Notes: generated by a model not told the origin, from the letters alone. Shown: positions 1-13,655, numbered from the whole stretch's first letter. The stretch is DNA of 63,094 nt, filler included, from Cladosporium halotolerans (GCF_011745625.1; 19 parts of 19 records of this genome joined end to end with filler, not necessarily neighbours in it); one strand, 5' to 3'. Made by a program: numbers and translations.

Positions 1-1801
1 CAGGCCCTCTGTTGAAGCAAGCGTTCGGCCATGCTGTAACGCAGATTGTGGTCGCACCACAAACAAAAGCTTTGACGGAGAACTCAGCATCCACCGAGGA
101 ATCGTGCTCCGGCTGGGCCATGGTCGAGAATGTTCAAAGAAGTGTATACCTGAGAAGCGCAGACGTGGATGGAATAGGTGTAGAAATGATGTACCTGTAT
201 GCAAATTTGCGTGTCTTTGGAAATCGACCATGTAGACCGCCGTGCTTTTTGTAAGCCCTCCATGTAAGCCCTCCCCGAGCCTAGTGACCGTTGCTGCCTG
301 GACTTGCTCATCCCTCATGCATGGGACGCCTGCGCCCTAATTCCTGCCTTGCCTCAACATACGCGAAGGATACGATATCCCGCAGCTAGCGTGCTTCCTC
401 CTGACGAAGAACTAATCCACCGTGGCAGTCAGCTCACTACCACGAGTCATTCTTTGCCCTGGCAGCGTGTCGCGCCACTTTCGACGATTGGCAAGTCATC
501 TCAGAGGTTGCAACTGAAATTGCAGCCAGTGCTTCGGATGTCCGTTGTCGAGTCCTCAGGTCTGCCTTGGAAAGGGGGTTTATTCACGCCTTTCTCCCCA
601 AACCATTGCTACCCTTTCCCCTACCCACACCACATCGTCTGCGCTCAGCCTCAAGCTTCCAGCAAACGCGGCCAGGCATCGACATCTCGAATCAAGATGA
701 GAAGACACCCAACAGACCCGAGAAGCCACCATGCAGAAAGCGACCGACACTCGACGACGACCGGATTGCACGGGGCCACAGGACCCAGCGCTTTCATCTT
801 CGCCCCCCTGTGGGATGACATTGGACGTGCAGTCTGGACCACGGAAGTGGACAGGATCCTCGTACTCTCTGTCGAGGTCACCGGGACAGCCACAATCTGG
901 CTCCGGCTGATCGGGCCACGAAACGCACTCAACCTCAAGCCGAGCACGAAAGTGACTCGACAGTCCATACTACGTTGGAGATGGACACGGAAGCCGTGCC
1001 CCAATCGCACCAGAATTTGGCGGAGCATCGGATTGGAGCACGCGGGTGCTCGTTCGCAGACGTATACGTCTCAACACGGCCTCGGCGAGTGGCCGATCAC
1101 CAGAACTGGCGCCTTGGCCTGGTACGCAGAAGTTCTGACGTGGGCGTTGGTAATCCACCACAAATTCACGTGGACGACTACTGACAGGTCTCCATATTCC
1201 AAATTCTCGCGTGCCTGGGTCCGCGAGAGGCTTTTGCCCTGGTAGACTGTGGCATGCCTCGGCCCTACAAACGAAAACACACGGCTGATTTCCGACATGC
1301 AGCCTCGTCGAGCGTGAGCCAGTCGATTCTTCAGCCATGGCGAACAGCCACGACTGGTGCCTCAGCCGAGAACACGAGACGCTAGCGGCCCACGATAGCG
1401 ACGATGCGGCCAGCATTGTCCTCGGCCGACGGCACGTTCTGGACAGCATGACGCGAACCGTCCGCTTAATTGCTGGAAGAAGACGCAGACCGATACTCTC
1501 TGGACGTCTTGATTGGGCCGTGGCGCTTCAGCAGCTTCTTGGAACCTTGTCTCTACTCAATTCCTGCCACGAGAGTGATGTCCCATCTCTTGGTGCGGCA
1601 CTCCAACATGTTGGTGCCTTTCCCTAGCTGTCAATGCCGGAGTCGAACCCACAGTTGCATCGTTAGGTTGTTCGTCCTCCTTTTGGACGACGATCTCTCG
1701 CGTAGGCGCCAGGCGCCCATGGTACGGCTGTGGGAGGTTGCGCTGGTTAAGCTGAGGTGAGGGTAGCGAGCCTGTCGCAGCACAGCGCCGCAGCGGCAAT
1801 C

Positions 1802-1845
1802 GATGGACGTGATGGACGTGATGGACGTGATGGACGTGATGGACG
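1802..1845. repeat. 9-bp tandem repeat (GATGGACGT) x ~5
   Basis: Read directly from the sequence. Confidence 0.95.
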
Positions 1846-3454
1846 CTCTCAAACGCCGCACTGCCAAGCGAAGGGAAGAGTATCACGCTTGTACTGCACT
1901 TGCAAGGTGTAGAGCTGGGAAGCCATCGAGAGTGCGGCACGCCTGCGCATGAATGAGTGTCACGGTATTGCGCAGTGGGAAGTGAACTGACGCTCGCGCT
2001 GCCGTCGATGATGCGACGCTTAGCCGTGACAGGCTCGAGCATCATGGATCAAGCTCGGTGCGCGGCCGCTTTGGTCAGGGTTCGGGCCGACACCTCCCGG
2101 AAATACGCCAGCCGCAGGACGAGACGAAGATGAGCCGAGCTTGTTCCTCACGCGCTACACCTCTGCGTATACTCAAAGTCGGAGCTTTGCGAGGCTTCTG
2201 CACGCAGCCTTGCCATATGAATGGGCTTTTGCTTGAGTCTTGGCAATCGTCTGAGCGTCATCGCCGTGGCCAGCTTGTGCCGAAGCACTTCCCATGTCGA
2301 CCCTCGTCTTGAAGTGTGGGTTGTTGGGGTTAGGGTTGTGGTGATATACTAACAGCACTGCGGTTGTGGCGGCGTCACGACCGTGAAAACACGTTTGACC
2401 GTGGACATCAGCGGTGTATGCAGTGCAGCTCATGGCAAATACCAAAGTGCTCTGTCAGGCATTACAACTCAGCACACGCGACATCAACGGCCGGTTAACG
2501 CCTCAGCACATCGTCAGATACTGTGATACATGGCACAACAAACGACACAGCCTAAGGCGGCCCATTCTGATGCACAGTTCCTCTGCTTTGGCAGTCCTCG
2601 TCGGGGCTGCGCTTGGCTCTTCGCACTGGCTTGCTCGCTCCTCATCAGCAAATGCCGGACACTCTTTTCGCACGCGCGCAGCAAAATTCTTCAGGGTTTA
2701 CACTCGCTTAGCCTGTGGTATCTACGCCTCTCTGATTGACACGGCTTAAACGTTCCGCTCCAACCAAGGAATCCGGAGCTCAATTCGAGGAAGCTCAACT
2801 TGGTCTCTGTCGTTCCCTGCCGCATTTGCTTGACCTCATCAGTTGCCGTAAAGCACCCACCAGCGTGCGGCCCACCAGCTCTTCCACCGTTCTCTCGCAA
2901 ACGGTCGCCGCAGATGCTCGGAGCGGACCGCGCATTTGGGACTACGAGGAAGTCTCAAGTGCACTGTACAGCAATCATGTGAGGCACCAAGACCTCGATG
3001 TCGTCAAGGTCGGAACGCATAGGTGCTAAGCGAAGAGTAGCCCGGGGGTCCAAGTGTGGAATGGCACGGTTACCTAGCGTGACCGTCACGGAATGAAGTT
3101 CATTACCATCACCATTACTGTAGCGTGGCCATCACGGATCTCAACGCCTTGTCCAGCATCTTCACGTGTCAACTCGAGCCAACCAAACAGTAACCTAAAT
3201 TACAGTAGACTTTTTCCGTTTTCCTGTTTGTGCGCCCTGTGGCTGTGTCGCGTCCTCTTGTTATTCTTCACTTGTTGTCGTCACCCACCACTTTCCTGCT
3301 AATATGTCGCTGCCGCTCACGCACCGAGGTCGACCATCGAACCTCCCGATCTGATACCCCGGACGGCCCGGTCACATTGCGTGTGCTGCAATTCACTCAA
3401 CTGCATGTTGCACCAGCAGCTGCATTCGGAGACAATCCACTTACCGAGTAACAT

Positions 3455-3554
3455 NNNNNNNNNNNNNNNNNNNNNNNNNNNNNNNNNNNNNNNNNNNNTT
3501 AATTAATTAANNNNNNNNNNNNNNNNNNNNNNNNNNNNNNNNNNNNNNNNNNNN
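3455..3554. other. Artificial contig linker (N44-TTAATTAATTAA-N44), first of 18
   Basis: Identical 100-bp linkers with stops in all six frames start at 3455, 6972, 10450, 13920, 17368, 20800, 24229, 27657, 31062, 34444, 37760, 41070, 44330, 47569, 50709, 53836, 56949 and 60029. The contigs between them decrease monotonically in length (3417, 3378, 3370, 3348 ... 2980 bp). Confidence 0.98.
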
Positions 3555-4781
3555 TATGAAAAGAAGGCGGATGCAGGAGCTGCTGGCTCATGCGAGAGCT
3601 TGACTTGCAGATGTTTTACAGACGCACAAGGGAAGGGCAGACTGAGCACACATTAGACGAGAGTCACAATGACTATTTTGGTGGTGAACGTAATTATTGG
3701 GCGAAAGGATGAATGAGCATGGCAGTCAAAAGGAGGAAGATCGTACAGTAAAAGCATAAAAGTATCAAATGTTATCGCAAAGCGCTGTTAGAGGAGCAAG
3801 GTCAGGAATGACTTCTCGACGAGCATTGGTCAAACGTTTTTCACACTATGCTGTATGAAGTAACACAATACGTACTGTATTTGCAGGTATCTCGCCAGAT
3901 GTCCAGTCAGGCGTCGCGTGCAATTTGATCGCAGTGAGGCTTCTCAAATTCACGCTCAATGCACGTGGCTGGGTCAAGCTCAGGTGCGATCAGGTTCGCA
4001 CATCATACCTTCCATCTTCCATATTTCAGATGACCAAGGCCCATACAGCACTGTTACTGTCGAAAAACGCACCCCGAGAAGGAAATCGTTATCTGGACAT
4101 GGCAGTGCAAGGAGACAACAGCGCTCATGCTCCACTGATCAGCCGAAGCAATGACAATGCCGTGTCGGAACACGATCGGTGCGACATGGCACGAGTCGGT
4201 CGCCAACCAAGTTTGCAGAGACGACTGGTGGTTCAGAGCACAAGGTGAACACCAGGCGCCTGCGGAGAGGCTGGAGGGCAGAAGAGGCGCCCGAACGCTC
4301 GTATCAGCCTCGTCAGTATAGTGGCAAATGACCATTGTCGAAGCTTTACGCGCCACCAGCGAGTTTCACATCGACTCCCAAGATTGACGTGTGGGTCTGT
4401 GCCGATGTGTTCCCCTGCAGCAGACGCTGCATCTAAATCTACTTGCTGGTGGGTTGCGGGAAGAAGTCAGAGGGGGGCCCGAGAGATTTGTGCGTGGGGG
4501 CCAACCTCCGGCAAACCTGTGCGTCTCCCAGCGTAGCGGGTCCTCCTTGTCCAGATCACCAGACCGTCGACTGGGTCATCCAGGCACACGCGGCAATACA
4601 ATATAAAAGCGTTCCGCACAGCTCGGCCAGAACTTGGTCTGAGGACACCAAGCTCATCGTTAGAAGTGCTACTTCAAGACATTCCTCGACTCCATCTCTG
4701 TGCCATTCTTTCCACTAGGCCAATAAATTCCAACAAATCAACCCAACGCCACCTTCACTGGGAGGCTCAAACCCGGTCAGA

Positions 4782-5717
4782 ATGCGGTTTCAATCCAGCT
4801 TCGTCCTGCCGTGCGTCATCTCCGGTACGCTTGCAGCCCCCCACTACTTCGAAGGGTCGTTCTCCAGTTTCAAAGCACTGAGCGTGATGCCTGGAGCGGA
4901 CATCACGAAGGAGCTCTACAATAGCTGCACGGGCTTCGACGCTTCCGGAAAGGCTGTGAGCACTGGCAATGTTTGCGTCAAAGAGCTTCTGTGGGACACA
5001 CTTGCAGTCTTATTGGCCACGTCGGGAGGGATGCAAACGCCGGCAAATGCGGTATCCAATGACACTGTCCTGGACGTGGGACCTGCGTCCGTGACGAGCT
5101 ATCCCGTCACGACTCCGGCGAACTCACAGCAGGCTGCAGCCTCGCAGGCAACTGGAAGCAAGTACAAACGCATGGGCGACGCCGGGGAGACTGCACTTTT
5201 GAAGCGAGTCAACGACAATCTTTCGGAGGTTCTGCATGGAGAGCACTCCATTCGAGCCGTATCGGTCGGTCACTCAGACGTTCACCCCACAGACGGCATC
5301 GCGATTCGGACCAACGTGCAAAATAGTGGAGCATTCTTCCACGTGCACACCAATGGCTCCCATGCAACTGCTACTCTCAACAGAGATGCTTCCTCCAGCA
5401 TGCGACGCCGGGACCAGGATTCTACCGGAAAGCGTTCGTATGAGTTCTCGAGAAATATGTGGGGCGTCAAAGTGCAGATCAATAAGGGAAACGGTGGAGA
5501 TATCAATATGAGTGACCTGGATGCATACATTGCGGCTTTCACATACGGTAACGGCGAATCTGAGCCAGTGTTGAAGGAGTCAGATGACTGGAAGATATCT
5601 GTGTGTGACAGAGATCGCAAGGTTCAACTGCTCTTTGGCAAAGTGGTCTCGCTGCAGCGTCCTTCTGACAATGGCTATGAACATCCTGAGGATTGGATGA
5701 ACTGCAACAAAGAGTAG
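4782..5717 (+). CDS. Secreted hypothetical protein, 311 aa, with multiple dibasic (Kex2-like) sites
   Basis: Uninterrupted ATG ORF with an N-terminal hydrophobic signal-like segment (MRFQSSFVLPCVISGTLA-AP). Dibasic sites YKR, LKR, MRRR and GKR. TATA-like TATAAAA at ~4602. Confidence 0.8.
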   Translation: MRFQSSFVLPCVISGTLAAPHYFEGSFSSFKALSVMPGADITKELYNSCTGFDASGKAVSTGNVCVKELLWDTLAVLLATSGGMQTPANAVSNDTVLDVGPASVTSYPVTTPANSQQAAASQATGSKYKRMGDAGETALLKRVNDNLSEVLHGEHSIRAVSVGHSDVHPTDGIAIRTNVQNSGAFFHVHTNGSHATATLNRDASSSMRRRDQDSTGKRSYEFSRNMWGVKVQINKGNGGDINMSDLDAYIAAFTYGNGESEPVLKESDDWKISVCDRDRKVQLLFGKVVSLQRPSDNGYEHPEDWMNCNKE

Positions 5718-7179
5718 CCACAGGCAAGAAGGAAAGCGACTTAGATCTGTCGTTGGAACCGGAGCGTCGATGGAGATTTGGGATTCTCTCGGAAGCCCCA
5801 TGTATATCTCAAAGCTTCCAAGGGCATGCGTAGCCTGAGCTCCGAAGAAATAATGCTACATTCAAGACAGATTCTCTCCATTCTTCGCTGTTTCCCCATG
5901 CTTCGAGCGGTCATTGCCGAACAAACCTCGAAAAAATTGACGCGTATACTTGCTCGCACAGATGACGTCCGAAATGAGGTTGGTAACCACTAAGTTACTA
6001 TGGCCGTGAAGAGCGGGCTTTTGGACTTCCCAATTTGAACGGACGTTGAAGAATCGCCATGCAAAGAGAGCATTGCCCGTTCAGAAGCAAACACAGTTGG
6101 GAAGCCTGAGAAGACGTCAATAATTGCAGAGAGCTCGGATGGGTTCAATGTCTGACCAAAAATCAATCATCGGGATGCCTGTAACTTCTCGGTTCAGCAT
6201 CCAAAAAGCGAAGAGAAAAGCAACCACGGCCTGTGATATCAGCCATGTTGAGCAGGCCGCTACTTGCACTTTGCGCTCGAAGTGGCAAATGGATATGAAG
6301 AACGTCAGGTTTGAGACTGTAGTCGCATCACGGACGGCAGAGGTGCCGCGGAGCCGGAGTCAGCAACTCTTGCTCGTTGGATAATTTACGAAGCAGACGC
6401 AGAAATCCTCACAGCGTTGAGCTCACGTTGCGTACGCGATTTGTCCGAGCTGCGGACGCGAGCCAAGAGCAGAGGAGGATTAGAGGAGAGAATCCATAGA
6501 AGACGACAAGAAAATCATGAACCAAGCAAGATATTTGCGGAGGGTCAAGAATGGCGCCGTCAGATGATATCAGCGAGGGCCACATGGAGGTGTCTTGCAT
6601 ACGACTAGAGCCTACTGGCGAGTAGTGCGAGAACTATCGGGCCCGACCGCCCTTGACTCCATTGCCGACACGGTCCCAGTCTGTCGACCTGCTGTGGACG
6701 TGTAAGCAACACGTGCAGTACCAGGGCTCAGAGGAGCTTACTTAATTTACGTTGGAGACTTGCAAGATTTCTTAGTGTGCCACTCACTTGACTGACGTTT
6801 CGAAGAACATCTGTTGATGTGGGAGAGTTGACTGCAGTCATGACTCGCTCAAAATTCACAGGCGGATTCAAGTACGGAAGGTTGAGCGTTGAGCGATCGT
6901 GCACCCATGCAGATGTCAATCGCCTGAAAAGGCCGCAAGGCGCCACAAGCGACCCTCAGGCCGGAGGTGCANNNNNNNNNNNNNNNNNNNNNNNNNNNNN
7001 NNNNNNNNNNNNNNNTTAATTAATTAANNNNNNNNNNNNNNNNNNNNNNNNNNNNNNNNNNNNNNNNNNNNTGGCCAAATGTGACCTGGTGGGTATATAT
7101 TCCCGGCAGCTCCACGGCGGGCCTGAGTGGGAGTTTTGAGCTTTCCAGACTGAAGACTTCAGCGAAGCCAGCCTTGACC

Positions 7180-8018
7180 ATGACACTTGGGTCTGTTCGA
7201 CTCCTTTGCCTCCACGGCAGGGGAACCAACTCTGACATATTCGAAAGCCAACTGGGTACGACCGCCGGATCTCCGTCCACGGCACGCGTGAAGGTGAAGC
7301 TCACTTCGTCTCTACAGCTCCCCTCAAGTCACGCCTCCCGACCGAGGTGCGATTTGACTTCATCGATGCTCCAATCGAAGGCGCTCCGGCGCCCGGGATC
7401 GAGGATTACTTCAAGCCGCCCTACTTCGTCTGGCACCGACAGTGGGCGTTCACCGAGGTTTCCAAAGCGCACGAATACGTCAAAGCAGCGATCGCCCAAA
7501 ACGGACCTTACGACGGGGTCATCGGCTTTTCCGAAGGCGCCGCGCTTGCGGCAGCTCTCCTCCTCGAGGATGCTGCTGGCAAAGGACCACTTGTTGAACC
7601 GATGTTCGGGTTCGCCGTGTTCTTCAATGCCGTCAACGCCCTCTCGCCGTCGGAAGAGCTAGGAATAAGGATGCTTGAGAGCGACGTACGAGATTCGTTG
7701 AAGAGCTTCGAAGAGGGAAACATCGATCACGGATGCCCTGCCTTGGACTGTGTGTACGCGCTGTGCTCAGACGACATCCCGGCGTTAATAGCCGTGCCCA
7801 CGCTGCACGTTGTCGGGCTGCAAGATGTTTTCGCAGCGCGTTCGCACGACTTGATCAAGCTGTGCAAACCGGAAAACGCGACTGTGGTCACCTCGGAAGT
7901 CGGACACGAGCTTCCGAAGGGTCGCGATTGGGACGTCGTCGCCAGGAGGGTGGATAACATGATCATGGCCAGGTCGTTCGCCAAGGGTCCGGCCTATTCC
8001 GATCTCATATTTAGCTAG
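7180..8018 (+). CDS. FSH1-family serine hydrolase (LovG/OVCA2-like esterase), one intron 7256-7317
   Basis: Exon 1 gives RLLCLHGRGTN. The GTACG...GCTCAC...CTACAG intron restores frame to FDFIDAP. Motifs GPYDGVIGFSEG (GxSxG nucleophile), PTLHVVGLQD (Asp) and GHELP (His). Confidence 0.92.
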
Positions 8019-8129
8019 GGCAAAGTTACATGCGCTGCAGTACCGGAACATTCGATCGTCCAAATTGCAGAAGTGTAAGTCTTGACCACCATGAGTAGTG
8101 ACTGAGGATGTAATCAAGGGAGCGCTAGG

Positions 8130-8620
8130 CTCGTCATTGACCTCCCATTTCCCACCTTCAGCCTCATCACCCGCTCGAGCAGCAAGCGCCCTCAAAGTTA
8201 AACTCAACTCCCTCACCACCTCCCCCAGCGCCGCAAGCCGCTTGCGGTACGAGCGCAGCGAGCGGGCGATGGACTCCGTCGAAGTCGCGAGAGAGGTCCC
8301 GCTGACGGTGGCGGTGGGCAAGCGTTCGGGGTTTTTGGAGGAAGGCGCGAGGGCGTCGATGCTCCGCGCGGCGGGGCCGCGGAGGGTGGTTGCGAGGGAG
8401 GTGCGGCGTTCGGAGGGGTGGGTGGGGACGCGATCGCGGGACTTGGTGGTGGTGGTAGTGGTGGTGCTGGGGTTTTGGGGGCTGGGAGGGGAGGGCGAGC
8501 GGTTGCGGAGGGGGGAGTAGGGGAAGACGGAGAGGAAGGCGGGTTCGAGGCGGGGGATGGTGGCGGTTGAGCTGCGGGAGGGCTTTTTGCGGAGGCGTTG
8601 GGGGCGAAGCGATGAACTAG
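8130..8620 (-). other. Possible fragment of a low-complexity/coiled-coil protein gene
   Basis: Part of ORF 7785..8783. It has a strong compositional skew and a protein-like tail (SIARSLRSYRKRLAALGEVVRELSLTLRALA), but no recognisable family. Confidence 0.3.
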
Positions 8621-8944
8621 ATGTGCAGGATCGCAAGTACAATATCACCTCGAACGCTGCAAAACAGTACATCTTTATACTGTAGCCTAATGCTCCCAAT
8701 GAGCGACCGGCTTCCCAAGCAGGCGGGCACTCTTGTTGAACTCCGTCACTGGAAATTGTCTTCGACCGGCGCTTTACGCTCACATCTGCATCGGGTTACC
8801 TTGATCAGGATCGAGACTACATGATGGCATCGCAATAGCAATTGCAAGTTCCCAGGAAAAGAGATATGCGCCCGAATACAACCTCTGCAAAACTCCTGAT
8901 CAGATCACGAGATCGTTCCTCTTCAAAAGCACCACCGATGTTGC

Positions 8945-10449
8945 CTAGGAATCCCTGCCCTGAATCCATTTGGTGGCCCAGGCCTGTAGACAGTCACTCT
9001 GCAGAGGCTCCAGCACCCGCATAGACTCGCTGCTAGCCATAGCTCTATCAATTGCGAACGCACCGAACAGAGGCTCCTCTGAAAGCAAGCTCTCGATGAA
9101 AGGAAGAAGCTTGACAGCAGGGTTCGCAGACATGGTCTGACTGTCGAGCGTCTCCATTTCAGAAGTAGCTTTCAACTTTTCTGGCACCATTCACCGTAGG
9201 TGACGATCTCTAGCGGCTTGCCTCCACGTTCGCTTGCCACTTTGTCGAGTACAGTCTGAACCGCCAGTAGCAATTCTGCCCACGGCGTCGGCTTCGGGTG
9301 CACCACGTTAAGGGTTTCATTGCTGCCGATGGCCATGGTTTTCCTCGACATGTCATGCAGAATCCTGGCGGCAGAGTCTACCGGTATCCATCGCACCTCA
9401 TTCCCGTCGTCGGCACATCCAAGGCTTTCCGGCAGAACGCCTAGGTGGGGGGAGCTGACGACCAGACTGGGAAGCCACTCTCGACGGTTCCAGCCTCTTT
9501 TCCGTAGAGCATCCCCAGAGACCTGACCGACCCGTACTGACATGCTCCTGATGCCGAGGACCTTCGAGGCATGCGCCAACATCTTCTCGGCCACGTCCTT
9601 TGATTGTCCGTACCCAGTCGACGCCGGTCCGCGTGTGCTGTCGAGGACTGCTTCTGGTACGATCTGATCTTGACCAGTCCCTCCGGCAGACGCGATGGAA
9701 GACACAAATTGGTCGGTCACGGGACGGGGGCTGGCGGCCTCGAAGCCGACGAGTCCGACGATGCCATCAAGGCAATCGGCGAACGACTGCAGGGACTTGT
9801 TGAAGTCCACAGACCAGGCATTGTGGATGATGCGCGTCACAGATCGTTGGAGCTGTGCGAAGTCAGAGTCCTGCAGTCCAAGCTGTGGTAGGGCAAGATC
9901 CGCCGTAAAGAACTTCACACGGTCTTCGGAAAACCGAAGCGGTAAGCCTCTGTTCCTGTTGCTCTCGATCTGAGCGTTCCTGGAGTCCTTGGACCGGTTC
10001 AGGCGGTACACCATCTGCGTTCCCCGCTCCAGCAGGGTGTTGAGCAAATGCGAACCCAGCGCTCCAGTCGAACCCGTCAGAAGGATCGCCCCCTCCGACT
10101 CCAGCGTCGATGTGCTTTCCTCCGCTTCCTCTGGCGGCTTCAGCACCAAGCCACTCGGCTCAAAGAGCGCGTTTATCTTCGACTGGTAGACATGCAAGGT
10201 CTCCTCCACATCTACCATCCCGACAACGGAACGGCTTTCTTCGAGAGTCGCCCGCGAAAGTGCGAAAATGAGTCGACGGTAGGGTTGTCGTAGATCGTGC
10301 CCGCTTCCACTGACACCTGAGGCAAATGCGATCTCAAAGCTCGTCCGAACTGGATCGCTTGCAAAGAGTCCATGCCGTTCTGGAAGAAGTCCGTCGACGG
10401 CGACTGAGCCTCGTACCCAACATCGGCCAATGCCCGCCTGACGACGACA
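8945..10449 (-). pseudogene. NRPS-like (A-T-R) reductase, 3' part (T and R domains), frameshifted and cut by the contig end
   Basis: Carrier domain DFFQNGMDSLQ and IYDNPT (ORF 10212..10430). R domain ILLTGSTGALG, IIHNAWSVDF, GYGQSK and RVGQVSG (9172..10218). The tail NPAVKLL lies in another frame (8945..9190), giving two frameshifts. Confidence 0.88.
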
Positions 10450-13400
10450 NNNNNNNNNNNNNNNNNNNNNNNNNNNNNNNNNNNNNNNNNNNNTTAATTA
10501 ATTAANNNNNNNNNNNNNNNNNNNNNNNNNNNNNNNNNNNNNNNNNNNNTGATGGAGTAGACGGCTGTCGCGTAAGATCTGGGTCTTGACAAATGTACCG
10601 TCAATCTTGGTCGTCAGCTTCCACGTGGCGCAGAACGATATCACAAGCGACATCCTCATGCAGGCGCCCGTCGAGCTTGATTTGCGAAGCGCCGCTAACT
10701 TCGCCTAGACCCTGATCAAGATCCCATCGAGCAAACCCAGCTGTCTCGAACGGTCTGGGGTCTAGGCCAACCAGCATTACGGAAACATATACGAGCGACA
10801 CTTCTAGCAAGACGTCCAACGAAGTGACAACGAGAACAGAAGGGGTGACTCCGTGCAGGTTCAAGATGGCTTCCCTCCAGTTGCATGACGATACAAAGCC
10901 ACTGGTCTACCTTGGGGGCAGCTACAGGCGGCAAGTGGGTGGTCGAAATGGAACTTTTCATAAGCCGCCAGGGCGCCAAAGCAACCAAGACGACTCAACC
11001 TGGAGCCATGCATTTATTTGGACACGGTCGACGCTGACAATCCCGCCAGCCCGACGCGGGGCGATTTCAGATCCGGTGGGCAACTTCGGAGCTCTTCACG
11101 CTTCCCCAATCGCATTCGCAGCATGCGCTACAACAGCGCCACATTAGCACTCCGCCCTTGCCCAATGTTCCACTTTTGGCAATCATTCTCGCATCCTTCG
11201 CGTTGATCTGGGCCCGGTTAGCCGCGTTGGGTGAAACCTCCGAAACTCGGCACGTACTCCGACGCATTTCGCACGCTCGGGTAAGCGCAACCCTCGTCAC
11301 TGTGAAGCTTCCGGCCAGCCTGCCCTCAGAGCGGCGCAGCACTGGTGCATCGCTGGCATGGCGACAGCAAGCCGGGCTTCGTCAACCTTTCGAGCTCGTG
11401 GAAACCCGGTCTGGCAACCGACAGACGTTCATGCTCGCATGTTGCCATAGCCCTGGCCGGTAAGTCTAGGGTGGTGCTACCAGACAGCGAAGCTCCAGGC
11501 GCTGGACATGGTAGCTTTCATGCCGAGTCTGAACAAAGAAGTCCATTCGTCGATCAGTGGGGAGCAAGGCCGAAGCCTGCCGAAAATGCGCTCGGTGCGT
11601 CGCCAGCGAGGCCAACGGCGTCGCCAACCAGCGACGGCCAACTCCACCTGCGAAAAGATCAAAAGCTGCTCTTCCCATAGACCAAAGACCTGTTCCAAGT
11701 GTCAGGCGGCCAGAGGCACCAAGGTGGTGCTTCGGATGGGACAGAGGGAGCGCGTGCGCGGCAGGCTGAGGCACCCCCAATGTGGACATCTTAATCTTGC
11801 TTCACCAGCCCTGGTCGTGGCACCGACGCTGAAAGTGAAGCCGTTCGAAGGCGGCAATTCGTCTCGTGGCGCTCGTTCGCCCTGTCGTCGGCGCATCGGC
11901 AGACTCGGTGGGCGTTGGAGTGCCGTTCCAGCATCAAGCCCGACCGGATCCATGCTTGAGAGACCCTGCCGGCCAAAAGCCAAGAGGCGCCTGCGTGCTC
12001 GTGGCCAGGCAGGTTAGCATGTTAGGTGTTCTGCCGCGTGAGCCGCTCGAATTTGGACGCGAAGGTCAACAACGAAGAGGGCAGAACCAGGAGGTGGTAT
12101 GAGACGCTAAGGTCGAGAACGAAGAGGACAGAGGCAGGAAGTCGTACGAGAAGAAACAAGATACTGCCAGCGACACCAGAGGGTGTGCCGCCCGAATCGT
12201 TCCATGTTGGAGTCGGAGTTCAACAGGGGAGGAGAGGAAAAAACAGAAAGTGTCATGAGAGGAAAAAAAGATGTGGCCAGCGACACCGAAAGGTGCGCTC
12301 ACATGACTTGCTTGACTTACTGTCCTAGCCGCGGCGGTAGCGTCGCGCACGGACGCCAATCCGTTCTGAAGAAAACGGATCGGCGTCCGTGCGCAGCAGT
12401 GGGGTGGTGGAGAACAGACAGCGTGGCTGGAGCTGCGGAGGATGGAGGCTGCGGAGGCTGGCTTCGAAGCGCGTGCCGGGCTATCCTAGCCGCTGCGATA
12501 GCGCCGTGCACGGATGCCCATCCGTTCTCTGGAGAAAACGGATCGGTATCCGTGCGCGGCAGCGCCCGGTCGCAGACCACTGCGCTGAGGCAGCTCAGTC
12601 AATCTCGACGAACGCTGAGGCAAGCGAAATGTCGAAGACGGTCGCACGCCGCCGTCCGCAAGTTAGTCTGGCTCATATCAACGAAAAGGTCGTTGGAACG
12701 GGAACCGTAACTGAAACGGAGTGCGGAGTCCAGAGCGAGGGGCGGCAGCCAGCAAGGGGACGCAGAACCGCACCTGCTTCGTGCAGAGCAGTGCAATGAT
12801 CGGAAGCTGGCGATGCGGCCAGACGCACCAGAGGATAGATTTCAAGCGCTTGGCTCGCGATCCCGGCCGCTGTAGCGCTAGGTTGCAGACCATTGCGCCG
12901 ATGCAACTTGGGCGCCCTTGACGAACACCGTGGCGAGCGATATGTCGGGGACCGTCGCGCGCCGCCGTCCGCGGATTGAGCTGGATCGTGACAACGGTGC
13001 AACGGTTCGAAAGTAGACGTGGTGCAAAGCCCAAGACAAGCGAGGCCCGCCAGCAAGGGAACTCAAGAAGAAAGAGGCAAAAAAGCGTCAGAAAGGATGT
13101 AATGGCGGAAAGATGGAGAGATAGTCGGAGAAGAGGAAGGTCGAAGGTTGAGGCATTGCCCTGAAACAAGCCAAGCTGCGTCTTGGCGGATCTTGGCTCA
13201 CTCTTGGCGCAAGATGGAATGGACTCGTTTCCCCAGCCTTGCCGCCCAGCCTTGCCGGCGCATAGGTCCAGGAGTCCCTTCGGCCTACGCATCGCTTCAT
13301 CCTGCTGCCAGAGGCTGGCGACAACCACACAGCCGTTCGCCCTGGGCACCAATCGTGTTGCACAAGACCCACCAAGCGCAGGCGACGCGCGACGCCCTCG

Positions 13401-13655
13401 ACCGGCGTGGGAAAACCCCGTGTGCTGGCCCCCCTGTCGATCCAACTCGGCTTTGCCGCCATGCACGCCATGCATTCATTGATTGATTGATGAATTGTGT
13501 CTTACTCGGTTTCAGCCGCTTCTTCAAGCAGCTATGCACAGTGGAAGAGGACTCGGCAGACAGCCGACGCGTCCCGTACGGGCCGCCCCACTTCGCCCAG
13601 TCTGACACTTGGACAAGTTACAAACTGGACCGGCTGCCTCCACAGCCCTCCCTTC

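Noticed and set aside
2318..2341. GGGTTGTTGGGGTTAGGGTTG telomere-like tract
   Set aside because: Only one perfect TTAGGG; too short to call a telomeric relic.
304..3454. ORFs of contig 1, including 313-aa 304..1245
   Set aside because: No recognisable motifs; consistent with chance ORFs in GC-rich DNA or unrecognisable relics.
5741..6100. Possible minus-strand coding relic downstream of the secreted protein
   Set aside because: Interrupted by stops and has no identifiable motif.
8469..8495. G-quadruplex-like G-runs
   Set aside because: Explained by Pro/Thr-rich codons on the opposite strand; no independent evidence.
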